From Eledone cirrhosa (Eukaryota), in the NCBI GenBank assembly GCA_964016885.1, contig CAXHJY010000973.1, positions 186,001 through 250,000 on the forward strand: a DNA stretch of 64,000 nt, in the 5' to 3' direction. The position numbers were made by a program, and so were the translations under genes. Shown here piece after piece: positions 31,392 through 43,106 of the stretch. The notes beneath the pieces are model-generated. The model did not search any database, had not been told where the DNA came from, and worked only from the letters and a program-made list of their open reading frames with translations. How positions within the stretch are numbered: the first letter of the stretch is position 1; each line of letters starts with the position of its first letter.

Positions 31392-34300
31392 ACAACATAG
31401 TGATGGTAACCGTCTTAACAGTAAAGACAAACAAGACTGATGTAAGGACATCTTAACAGTTAAGACCAACAATACAGTGATACAAGGACATCTTAACAGT
31501 TAAGACCAACAACACAGTGATGGTAGGACATCTTAAGTGTTAAGACCACCAACACAGTGATGGAAGGTCATCTTAACAGTTAAGACCAACAACACAGTGA
31601 TGGAAGGACATGTTAACAGTTAAGACCAACAACAGTGATGGAAGGACATCTTAACAGTTAAGATTAACAACACAGTGATGGAAGGACATCTTAACAGTTA
31701 AGACCAACAACACAGTGATGGAAGGACATGTTAACAGTTAAGACCAACAACACAGTGATGGAAGGACATCTTAACAGTTAAGACCAACAACACAGTGGTG
31801 GAAGGACATCTTAACAGTTAAGACCAACAACACAGTGATGGAAGGACATCTTAACAGTCAAGACCAACAACACAGTGATGGAAGGACATCTTAACACTTA
31901 AGACCAACAACACAGTGATGGTAGGACATCTTAACAGTTAAGACCACAACACAGTGATGGAAGGACATCTTAACAGTTAAGACCAACAACACAGTGATGG
32001 AAGGACATGTTAACAGTTAAGACCAACAACACAGTGATGGAAGGACATCTTAACAGTTAAGACCAACAACACAGTGGTGGAAGGACATCTTAACAGTTAA
32101 GACCAACAACACAGTGATGGAAGGACATCTTAACACTTAAGACCAACAACACAGTGATGGAAGGACATCTTAACAGTTAAGACCAACAACACAGTGATGG
32201 AAGGACATGTTAACAGTTAAGACCAACAACACAGTGATGGAAGGACATCTTAACAGTTAAGACCAACAACACAGTGATGGAAGGATATTTTAACAGTTAA
32301 GACCAACAACACAGTGATGGAAGGACATCTTAACACTTAAGACCAACAACACAGTGATGGAAGGACATCTTAACAGTTAAGACCAACAACACAGTGATGG
32401 AAGGACATGTTAACAGTTAAGACCAACAACACAGTGATGGAAGGACATCTTAACAGTTAAGACCAACAACACAGTGATGGAAGGACATCTTAACAGTTAA
32501 GACCAACAACACAGTGATGGAAGGACATCTTAACACTTAAGACCAACAACACAGTGATGGAAGGACATCTTAACAGTTAAGACCAACAACACAGTGATGG
32601 AAGGACATCTTAACACTTAAGACCAACAACACAGTGATGGAAGGACATCTTAACAGTTAAGACCAACAACACAGTGATGGAAGGACATCTTAACAGTTAA
32701 GACCAACAACACAGTGAATGGAAGGACATCTTAACAGTCATGACCAACAACACAGTGATGGAAGGTCATCTTAACAGTTAAGACCAACAACACAGTGATG
32801 GAAGGACATCTTAACACTTAAGACCAACAACACAGTGATGGAAGGACATCTTAACAGTTAAGACCAACAACACAGTGATGGAAGGACATGTTAACAGTTA
32901 AGACCAACAACACAGTGATGGAAGGACATGTTAACAGTTAAGACCAACAACACAGTGATGGAAGGACATCTTAACAGTTAAGACCAACAACACAGTGATG
33001 GAAGGACATGTTAACAGTTAAGACCAACAACACAGTGATGGTAGGACATCTTAACAGTTAAGACCAACAACACAGTGATGGAAGGACATGTTAACAGTTA
33101 AGACCAACAACACAGTGATGGAAGGACATCTTAACAGTTAAGACCAACAACACAGTGATGGAAGGACATGTTAACAGTCAAGACCAACAACACAGTGATG
33201 GAAGGACATCTTAACAGTCAAGACCAACAACACAGTGATGGAAGGACATCTTAACACTTAAGACCAACAACACAGTGATGGAAGGACATCTTAACAGTCA
33301 AGACCAACAACACAGTGATGGTAGGACATCTTAACAGTCAAGACCAACAACACAGTGATGGTAGGACATCTTAACAGTCAAGACCAACAACACAGTGATG
33401 GAAGGACATCTTAACAGTTAAGACTAACAACACAGTGATGGAAGGACATCTTAACACTTAAGACCAACAACACAGTGATGGTAGGACATCTTAACAGTCA
33501 AGACCAACAACACAGTGATGTTAACCATCTTAACAGTTAAGACCAACAAGACTGATGTAAGGACATCTTAACAGTTAAGACCAACAACACAGCGATGCAA
33601 GGACATCTTAACAGTTAAGACCAACAATACAGTGATGGTAGGACATCTTAACAGTTAAGACCAACAACACAGTGATGGAAGGACATCTTAACAGTGTAGA
33701 CCAACAACGCAGTGATGGTAGGACATCTTAACAGTTAAGACCAGCAACACTGTGATGGTAGGACATCTTAACAGTTAAGACCAACAACACTGATGGAAGG
33801 ACATCTTAACAGTTAAGATCAACAACACAGTGATGGAAGGACATTTTAACAATTAAGACCAACAACACAGTGATGGTAGAACATCTTAACATGTAAGACG
33901 AACAGTGATGGTAGGACATCTTAACAGTTAAGACCAACAACAGTGATGGTAGGACATCTTAACAGTTAAGATCAACAACACAGTGATGGTAGGATATCTT
34001 AACAGTTAAGACCAACAACACAGTGATGGAAGGACATCTTCACAATTAAGACCAACAACACAGTGATGGTAGGACATCTTAACATGTAAGACGAACAGTG
34101 ATGGTAGGACATCTTAACAGTTAAGACGAACAGTGATGGTAGGACATCTTAACAGTTAAGACCAACAACAGTGATGGTAGGACATCTTAACAGTTAAGAC
34201 CAACAACACAGTGGTGGTAGGATATCTTAACAGTTAAGACCAACAACACTGTGATGGAAGGACATCTTAACAGTCAAGACCAACAACACAGTGATGGAAG

Positions 34301-35403
34301 GTCATCTTAACAGTTAAGACCAACAACACAGTGGTGGTAGGATATCTTAACAGTTAAGACCAACAACACTGTGATGGAAGGACATCTTAACAGTTAAGAC
34401 CAACAACAAAGTGATGCAAGGACATCTTAACAGTTAAGACGAACAGTGATGTAAGGACATCTTAACAGTTAAGACCACCAACAGTGATGAAAGGACATCT
34501 TAACAGTGAAGACCAACAACACAGTGATGGTAGGACATCTTAACAGTTAAGACCATCAACACTGTGATGGTAGGACATCTTAACAGTTAAGACCAACAAC
34601 ACTGATGGTAGGACATCTTAACTTTTAAGACCAACAACACAGTGATGGTAGGACATCTTAACAGTTAAGACAAACAGTGATGGTAGGACATCTTAACTTT
34701 TAAGACCAACAACAGTGATGGTAGGATATCTTAAATTTTAAGACCAACAACAGTGATGGTAGGACATCTTAACAGTTAAGACCAACAACAGTGATGGTAG
34801 GATATCTTAACAGTTAAGACAAACAACACAGTGATGGTAGGACATCTTAACAGTTAAGACCAACAGTGATGGTAGGATATCTTAACAGTTAAGACCAACA
34901 ACACAGTGATGGTAGGACATCTTAACAGTTAAGACCAACAACAGTGATGGTAGGTCATCTTAACAGTTAAGACCAACAACACAGTGATGATAGGTCATCT
35001 TAACAGTTAAGACCAACACAGTGATGGAAGGACATCTTAGCAGTTAAGACCAACAACACAGTGATGGAAGGACATGTTAACAGTTAAGACCAACAACACA
35101 GCGATGCAAGGACATCTTAACAGTTAAGACCAACAATACAGTGATGGTAGGATATCTTAACAGTTAAGACCAACAACAGTGATGGAAGGACATCTTAACA
35201 GTTAAGACGAACAGTGATGGTAGGACATCTTAACAGTTAAGACCAACAACACAGTGATGGTAGGATATCTTAACAATTAAGACCAACAACACAGTGATGG
35301 TAGGACATCTTAACATGTAAGACGAACAGTGATGGTAGGACATCTTAACAGTTAAGACGAACAGTGATGGTAGGACATCTTAACAGTTAAGACCAACAAC
35401 ACA

Positions 35404-35750
35404 GTCTTAACTGTTAAAATGTCCTTCCATCACTGTGTTGTTGGTCTTAACTGTTAAGATGTCCTACCATCACAGTGTTGATGGTCTTAACTGTTAAGAT
35501 GTCCTACCATCACTGCGTTGTTGGTCTTCACTGTTAAGATGTCCTTTCATCACTGTTGGTTGTCTTAACTGTTAAGATGTCCTTGCATCACTTTGTTGTT
35601 GGTCTTAACTGTTAAGATGTCCTTACATCAGTCTTGTTGGTCTTAACTGTTAAGATGGTTACCATCACTGTGTTGTTGGTCTTAACTGCTAAGATGACCT
35701 ACCATCACTATGTTGTTAGTCTTAACTGTTAAGATGTCCTTCCATCACTA
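35404..35750 (-). repeat. Inverted block of the 40-bp satellite (copy 2, 347 bp)
   Basis: Same length and near-identical sequence and junctions as 31045-31391. Confidence 0.97.
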
Positions 35751-36461
35751 ACAACATAGTGATGGTAACCGTCTTAACAGTTAAGACAAACAAGACTGAT
35801 GTAAGGACATCTTAACAGTTAAGACCAACAACACAGTGATACAAGGACATCTTAACAGTTAAGACCACCAACACAGTGATGGAAGTACATCTTAACAGTG
35901 AAGACCAACAACGCAGTGATGGTAGGACATCTTAACAGTTAAGACAAACAACACAGTGATGGTAGGATATCTTAACAGTTAAGACCAACAACACAGTGAT
36001 GGTAGGACATCTTAACAGTTAAGACAAACACTGTGATGGAAGGTCATCTTAACAGTTAAGACAAACAACACAGTGATGGAAGGACATCTTAACAGTTAAG
36101 ACCAACAACAGTGATGGTAGGTCATCTTAACAGTTAAGACCAACAAAACAGTGATGGTAGGTTATCTTAACAGTTAAGACCAACAACACAGTGATGTAAG
36201 GACATCTTATCAGTTAATACCAACACAGTGATGGTAGGAAATCTTAACAGTTAAGACGAACAGTGATGGTAGGACATCTTAACAGTTAAGACCAACAACA
36301 CTGTGATGGAAGGACATCTTAACAGTTAAAACCAACACAGTGATGGTAGACCATCTTAACAGTTAAGACCAACACAATGATGGTAGGTCAAACAAAAGTG
36401 TTGTATTAGAAACTTTTCGGTTTAGCTGAAGTGGTTCACCAATAACATAATTGTTAAAGCT

Positions 36462-37350
36462 GTATGTAGAGACACAGATGGAAATGTAGAGACAGATGTA
36501 AATGCAGAGACACATGTAAATAAGGAGACACAGATGTAAATGTAGTCACAGATGGAAATGTAGAGACATAGATGGAAATGTAGAGACATAGATGGAAATG
36601 TAGAGACACATGTAAATGTAGAGACAAAGATGTAAATGTAGAGACACAGATGTAAATGTAGAAACACAGATGTAAATGTAGAGACACAGATGTAAATGTA
36701 GAGACACAGATGTAAATGTAAAGACACAGATGCAAATGTAGAGACAGATGTAGATGTAGAGACACAGATGTAAATGTAGACACAGATGTAAATGTAGAGA
36801 CAGGTGTAAATGTAGAGACAAAGATGTAAATGTAGAGACAGATGTAAATGTAGAGACACAGATGTAAATGTAGAGACAGATGTAAATGTAGAGACAGATG
36901 GAAATGTAGAGAGACAGATGGAAATGTAGAGACAGATGTAAATGTAGAGACAGATGTAAATGTAGAGAGACAGATGTAAATGTAGAGAGACAGACGTAAA
37001 TGTAGAGACACAGATGTAAATGTAGAGACACAGATGTAAATGTAGAGACATGTAAATGTAGAGACAGATGTAAATGTAGACAGATGTAAATGTAGAGACA
37101 GATGTAAAAAATATCTGTCAGTCTCTACAATGACTGTTCCTGGTTCCAATATATGGATGTAAATGTAGAGACACATGTAAATGTAGAGACAGATGGAAAT
37201 GTAGAGAGACAGGTGGAAATGTAGAGAGACAGATGGAAATGTAGAGAGACAGATGTAAATGTAGAGACAGATGTAAATGTAGAGACACAGATGTAAATGT
37301 AGAGACATGTAAATGTAGAGACAGATGTAAATGTAGAGACAGATGTAAAA
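36462..37350 (+). repeat. 18-22 bp minisatellite (GATGTAAATGTAGAGACA[CA])n
   Basis: Direct reading. It is interrupted at ~37107-37157 by a copy of the flanking sequence AAAAATATCTGTCAGTCTCTACAATGACTGTTCCTGGTTCCAATATATGGA, which also occurs at ~37347-37398. Confidence 0.95.
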
Positions 37351-38049
37351 AATATCTGTCAGTCTCTACAATGACTGTTCCTGGTTCCAATATATGGAAC
37401 TCCCAGCTTATCCCATAATAGTTTCACTAACTGAGAATTCCATAAAACATTTGTCGACCCATATTCTTGGCTACATCGCTCGCTCGCTCTTCTGTGAAAT
37501 GTAATGTACAAATTCCTATTTTCTCGCCTCTCCATGTTTACCTGGTCCATTCATCTATCTGTATCATATTGTCCAGAATACAACCTTTTCTTTTTCAATG
37601 CTATTCGATAATTCTGTCTGATCGTTCAAAATAATCTTCTTGTATTTTAAAATCCCATAATTCTTCCCTTATTACAGTTATATGCTTGTTCAATTATGGC
37701 CAAAATTTCGTGGATTTTATTTAATAACCTTCTCGCTAACTACCCCAGATCCCCCCCCCCCCCCCCCCCACTCACCACCATTATTATTTGGACCAATCAT
37801 AAGTCAGCAGCCTATGCTATCACTTCTTAAGTTTAGACCTGGTTCCCTTTCGATATGATGGATGGACTACAGAATTCTGGAGAGTCTGAAAAAATTTGGA
37901 CACTCAGTGACAATGCCAAAGATAAAGACAAATTCACCTCATGCTGCTGGACGAGAATGCAAGGACTCCTCCTCTTTATTTAGGCCGCAGACAGCTAACA
38001 TAGCCCCATCCCCCCTCCCTGTCCTTCCCACCCACCAAACGCAATCCAA

Positions 38050-41000
38050 AACTTCAGAGTTGGTACCATGAATGTAGGTACCTTAAAAAGTCGTTCTTAC
38101 AAGGTTGTAGAGATGCTTGAACGTAGGGAGGTTGATGTTTGCTGTATTCAAGAGACCAGGTGGAGGGGTGGGTCTGCTAGATTCATTGTGGGTAAAAAAC
38201 GATGCTATAAGCTTTTCTGGGTGGGAAATGACAATGGGCTGGGTGGAGTAGGAATCATGGTAGCAGAAAAGTGGGCAGGTAAGATAATTGACGTAAATAG
38301 AGTCATCATTCATCATTTCATTTTACGTCAACTTTTTCCCTGCTTGCAAGGGTGGGACGGGAACTGATTCTGGCTTGATTTCTACAGCTGGATGCCCTTC
38401 CTAACACCAACCTCATTTACGGTGAGTGCTGGGTGCTTTTTTTGCCGTGGCACCTCCACGACCACTTTGCAGTGGAATGATAGGGACCTCAGTCCCTATC
38501 ATCTCATTTCTACAGCTGAGTAAACTGGAGCAATGTGAAATAAAGTGTCTTGCTCAAGGAAACAACACATCACCCGGTCTTAGAATTGAACTCACAACCT
38601 TTCGATTGCAAGGCCAATGCTCTAACCACTAAGCCATGTGCCTCCATGAGTGAACAACAGAATAATTAAAATAAGACTTGTCCTCAATAGAACTATTGTG
38701 ACAATAATATCTGCGTACGCACCCCAATCTGAACTGCCTGGCATTATAAAAGACAGATTCTATGAGACGTTAATGCTCACTACCTCTCAAATAACCGACA
38801 GTGACTACATAATTATTGCTGGCGACAACATTGTGACGGCTATGACGGAATCCATGGAGGCTATGGGTTTGGTACTAGAAATGAAGAAGGCTCCAGAATC
38901 CTGGAATTCTGTGACGCAAATAACCTAACTATCTGTAACACAAACTTCAAAATACGAGACAATCACTTGATCACCTATAGATCAGGGGAACACTCCAGTC
39001 AGATAGATTATATCCTTACCAGAAGACGAGACAGAGTGTCTGTTGTAAACACTAAATCCCTCCCCCATGAAGAATGCACCTCCCAACATAGCCTCATAGT
39101 TAGCGACCTCATAGTCAGGATGAGACGTATTCGACAACAGAGGAGGACAACCCTCAGGAGAAAAATATGGAAGTTAAAGGACCCCACAGCCAGTAATAAA
39201 TTTAAAAGCATATTACTTGATGCTTTTGATAGTAAGGAAGAGCAATTAGAGTCGTACAATTTAGAGGAATAGTGGGAATTCCTGAAAGCTAACCTGCTGA
39301 TGGCGGCAGACGAAGTCTGTGGCTGGAGCAGACCTATAAACAAGAGGAGAGTAACGTGGTGGTGGAACAGTAAGGTGGAGGAGTCAATCAAGGCCAAAAA
39401 GCAGGCTTGGAAAGTATCACGGGATGGGGGAAGTAGGGAAGACTATCAAGTGGCCAGGAGGGAAGCTAGGAGACAAGTGTACTTCGCAAGAAGGGAAGCA
39501 GAGGAAAGAAAGTTCAAGCATGTTCTACAACACAAGGACCAAATACGTGAGGTGTTCAGGATTGCTAGACAATGTGTCAAGGAGAACCGTGATATTGTCG
39601 GGGAGAAGTGTGTCCTTAATGATGATGGTGTACTTGCCATCACTGACGCTGATAAGAAGGTAGCTTGGAAGTGTCACTACGAAAGGCTATTAAATGAGGA
39701 AAATAAATGGGAGAAAGACAGCCTCCCCCACATCGATCCAATAGAGGGACCAGCAGTGCAAGTTGAAGGTAGTATAATAAGTAAAGCAATCAAAGATATG
39801 AAGACGGGCAAGGCGGCTAGGCCTTCGGAAATAGTTGCTGAAATGCTGAAAACATCTGGAATGGTGGGACACACTATGGTCACCCGGATAGTAAACCAAG
39901 TTATACAGAATGGGGTCGTACCAAAGGACTGGCGTAGCAGCATCATCATTAACTGCTACAAGGGCAAAGGAGACGCTCTAGATAGGGGAAACTATAGAGG
40001 CATTCAATTAATTGACCAGGTCATGCATGAAGGTCACAGAAAAAGTAATAGCGCAACTAATCAGAGAACGAATTGATCTGGTTGAAATGCAGTTTGGGTT
40101 TGTGTCAGGTACAAGTACCACAGACAACTACAGGAGAATTACCTAGCTAAAAGTAAACCCCTCTACTTAGATTTGTAGACCTGGAGAAAGCCTTTGACAA
40201 AGTTCCCCGCTCCATTATCTGGTGGGCTCTTAGAAAACTAGGTGTTGATGAATGGCTTGTGAGAGCTATACAAGCCATGTATAAAGAAACAGTCAGCAAG
40301 GTTAGAATTAACAACGAATATAGTGAAGAGTTTAGCGTAAAAGTTGGTGTTCATCAGGGCTCCGTCCTTAGCCCCCTCCTATTTATTATTGCCCTCCAAG
40401 CTATAACGGAGTTCAAGACCGGCTGCCCATGGGAACTTCTATATGCAGATGATCTAACACTCATAGCCGAATCAATGGCTGAGCTAGAGAAGAAATTCCA
40501 AACATGGAAGCATGGCCTAGAATCAAAAGGCCTTAAAGTTAACCTGTCTAAGACTAAAGTCCTAATATGTAGGAAGGAGAATAGGGCACTGGTCCCATCC
40601 GGGAAATGGCCATGCTCGGTGTGTAGGAAAGGAATAGGCAGAAACTCCATTTTATGTCCCAAATGCAAAGTATGGGTGCATAAAAGATGTAGTGGGATCA
40701 CAGTTAAGCTAACTAAGAATATAGATTTTATATGTGGGCGGTGCTCTGGTGCAATAAGTAGCAGCAAATGCCCACAAAATACTAGCTCATTCCATTGCAC
40801 AGATGGTTCTATAGAAATAGTGGACACCTTCCGTTACCTGGGTGACAAAATCAGCAGTGGTGGAGGGTGCTCCGAAAGTACTGTAGCTAGAGTCCGAACG
40901 GGATGGAAAAAGTTCAGAGAGCTTATACCACTATTGGCCGCTAAGGGTTTCTCTCTAAAAATAAAAGGCAGGCTGTATGATGCCTGCATACGAACAGCGA

Positions 41001-41410
41001 TGTTATATGGCAGTGAGACATGGGCCTTGTGTGCAGAGGACCTGCGCAGACTGGAAAGGAATGAAGCTTGTATGCTCTGTTGGATGTGTAATAGTAATAT
41101 ACGCGAACGGCAAAGCATAAGTGAACTAAGTGAGAAATTAGGAACAAGAAGGATCAGATGTTGTTTACTCGAGAGAAGACTACATTGGTATGGTCACGTG
41201 ATGCGCATGAAAGACGACAGCTGCATAAAAATGTGCAGGGCGATCAAAATTGATGGTAGACCCAGAAAAACCTGGGACGACTTGATAAATTCCGACCTCA
41301 CACACTTACACCTCTCCAAGACAATGTCACTGGACCGAGATCTTTGGTGCTACACAGTCATACAGAAGACCCGCCTTGCCTATGTACAAAGCGAAACTTA
41401 CAGTCAGTAG
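38050..41410 (+). pseudogene. Disrupted APE-RT ORF of RTE copy 1
   Basis: Broken by a SINE insertion (38304-38647), a deletion/frameshift near 38828, a TAG stop at 39270-39272, an extra CATG at ~40022 relative to copy 2, and a deletion near 40125. Confidence 0.9.
38304..38647 (-). mobile_element. tRNA-derived CORE-like SINE with RTE-like 3' tail, inserted in the RTE endonuclease
   Basis: The minus strand has a head TGGCTTAGTGGTTAGAGC...GAGTTCAATT (A/B-box-like) and a core TTCCTTGAGCAAGACACTT resembling the MIR/CORE motif. Its tail GGTTGGTGTTAGGAAGGGCATCCAGCTGTAGAAA...GACGTAAAATGAAATGATG matches the RTE 3' end. It is flanked by GAGT (38300-38303, 38648-38651), and removing it restores the frame DVNRVNNRIIK. 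Confidence 0.85.
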
Positions 41411-41849
41411 GCACCTCTTAACCAAAATACACCTCCGTCCCACAACCCCCACCCCATCTACACCACCCCTTTTGATGTAAAGCTATGTTGGTACCACAAC
41501 ATCCAGTACTAAATAAATGAGGTCGTGTAGGTGTCACGACAAAAAAACACACAGTCCACGCTGTAATGTGGCCGTGTAGGTAACACGGTAAAAACCTCCC
41601 AGTCCACACTGTACACGTGGTTGGTGTTAGGAAGGGCATCCAGCTGTAGAAAACCTGCCAGACAGTCCTATACGAGCGAGACAACTAATCTTGCCTCAAG
41701 TGGAACAATTCCCGTCCAAACCCATGCTAGCGTGAAAGATGGACGTTAAACGATGATGATGATGATTTCTACTTTAGACAGGCAGAAGCAACATGTGTGG
41801 AGAGGGGGTGGCACACCACACACACACCAGGTCTTCCTCTATGGCTTTA

Positions 41850-42015
41850 AACTACCATCCACACCACTACCCACCCCCACCACCACTTCCCACAACCCTA
41901 CCCCACCACCACTTCCCACACCACTACCCCACCACCATCCACACCACTACCCCCACCACCACCTACACTACTACCCTCACCCCTACCACTAACCCCACCT
42001 CCCACACCCCCACAA
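41850..42015 (+). repeat. C/A-rich low-complexity tract ((CCA)n-like)
   Basis: Degenerate CACCAC/CTACCC runs. Confidence 0.8.
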
Positions 42016-42058
42016 TTAACAGAATCATTAAGAGAACCAATTAGAAAGATCAGCCAAC

Positions 42059-42163
42059 CTGTTGATAAGCTGGACAGTAGTTCTCTTTATCGTTGTTGTT
42101 GTTGTAATCGTAATCAGCGACAAGGTCGTCAGCATTCTCAGACTCTTGTCTCTGTTGACGGAC
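42059..42163 (-). CDS. NCAPH: Condensin complex subunit 2 (CAP-H/Barren) internal exon, phase 0/0: VRQQRQESENADDLVADYDYNNNNDKENYCPAYQQ
   Basis: Acceptor ATATTCCAG| and donor CAG|GTTGGC; 105 bp, in frame with the upstream exon. DYDYNNxNDxxNYCP matches the conserved NCAPH motif (human recalled as DYDYNNPNDTSNFCP). Confidence 0.87.
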
Positions 42164-42429
42164 CTGGAATATAAACATATTTAATTAGAAATACTACATC
42201 ATTCCTCTATCTATGATGATGATGATGATTAATATAAAAAATAATAATCATGTGTAATTATTTTAAATTCTTTAACCCAAATATATTAAGGGCCTCAGCA
42301 GATTAAAGTCCTGCCCTGCGTAACAGTCTAATATATCTACACACATCAACATACTGTTTTCGTCCTGTTCCATCCTGATGTGTTTTCTTAATGTTTTAAT
42401 GTTAACCCTTGTGGTGAATAAAGAAATCA

Positions 42430-42618
42430 GAGTTGCGGCTCTTTATGTTCTAAGTTCAAATCTCACCAAGTTTAACTTTGCCTTTCATCCTTACGGAGTT
42501 GATAAAATAAAGTACCAGTAACACACTGGGGTTGATTTAATTGACTTTCCCTTCCCCTTCAAATTGCTGGCCTTGTGTCTTAACCAGAAACAATTATTAT
42601 TATTATTATTATTATTAC
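42430..42618 (+). mobile_element. SINE family B, 5'-truncated copy with (ATT)n tail
   Basis: AGTTCAAATC B-box and core AACTTTGCCTTTCATCCTTACGGAGTTGATAAAATAAAGTACCAG, shared with four other copies in the window; ends AGAAACAATTATTATTATT. Confidence 0.8.
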
Positions 42619-42656
42619 TACTAGCAGAAAAATCTCCTTGGGGTGGTTTCTGCTAG

Positions 42657-42930
42657 CATGTGTAGTGTGTATATTGATATCATACGCAAGTATATATGCA
42701 TGTAGATACGATACATGTGTAGTGTGTATATTGATATCATACGCAAGTATACATGTAGATATGATACATGTGTAGTGTGTATATTGATATCATATGCAAG
42801 TATACATGTAGATACGATACATGTGTAGTGTGTATATTGATATCATACGCAAGTATACATGTAGATACGATACATGTGTAGTGTGTATATTGATATCATA
42901 CGCAAGTATATATACATGTAGATACGATAC
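42657..42930 (+). repeat. 53-bp minisatellite, ~5 copies
   Basis: Unit CATGTGTAGTGTGTATATTGATATCATACGCAAGTATACATGTAGATACGATA, e.g. starting at 42767 and 42820. Confidence 0.93.
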
Positions 42931-43106
42931 GTCAAATAAAATTGTAATTGACAATATACATAGAAATTGAAGAGAGACTGTGTTACACTGTCTTATGTAA
43001 TCAGTAAAGTAATCCATGATATATTTAAAAAAGACGATATCATATATAAACTGCATTAGGAGAAAATTAACGATGGAAACAAACCTTATATAAAGATGCA
43101 AATATA

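Larger units (their letters stand above)
1..36390 (+). repeat. 40-bp tandem satellite array (~900 monomers in window; continues past left edge)
   Basis: Monomer TAACAGTTAAGACCAACAACACAGTGATGGAAGGACATCT repeats head-to-tail. Common variants are GTTAA/GTCAA and GGAAGG/GGTAGG, with occasional 35-39 bp deletion monomers. It ends at ...ATGATGGTAGGTCA (~36390). Confidence 0.99.
37790..41765 (+). mobile_element. Near full-length, inactivated RTE-clade non-LTR retrotransposon (APE endonuclease + reverse transcriptase); 5' boundary approximate
   Basis: APE motifs FRVGTMNVGTL, DVCCIQETRW, IISAYAPQ, SQIDYIL and SQHSLIV. RT motifs KGKGD..DRGNYRGI, GVHQGSVLSPLLF, LLYADD and FRYLG. RTE-type C-terminus (LYGSETW, RLHWYGHVMR, GRPRKTW). 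The 3' end is a (GAT)n tail at ~41752-41765. Confidence 0.93.

Noticed and set aside
1-36390. CRISPR-like array (palindromic repeat with ~40-bp period)
   Set aside because: There are no unique spacers, the whole monomer repeats, no cas genes are present, and the context is eukaryotic.
36391-36460. Possible next NCAPH exon (minus strand FNNYVIGEPLQLNRK after TACAG)
   Set aside because: Similarity to the expected LVAEPxKV motif is weak, the phase does not match the phase-0 upstream exon, and there is no strong donor. RNA-seq would be needed.
36422-37390. ORFs rich in SLHLHL/YIYIC
   Set aside because: They are translations of the 18-22 bp minisatellite, open in several frames.
37400-37740. Coding-like minus-strand stretch (ORF 37359-37550)
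   Set aside because: In-frame stops lie upstream and no motif is recognisable. It may be an old TE remnant but cannot be assigned.
38560-38647. tRNA genes at SINE heads (also 43250-43328)
   Set aside because: They have A/B-box-like motifs only and continue into SINE core sequence with TSDs; no intact cloverleaf is evident.
41753-42044. His/Pro/Thr-rich ORFs
   Set aside because: They come from the low-complexity CCA tract.
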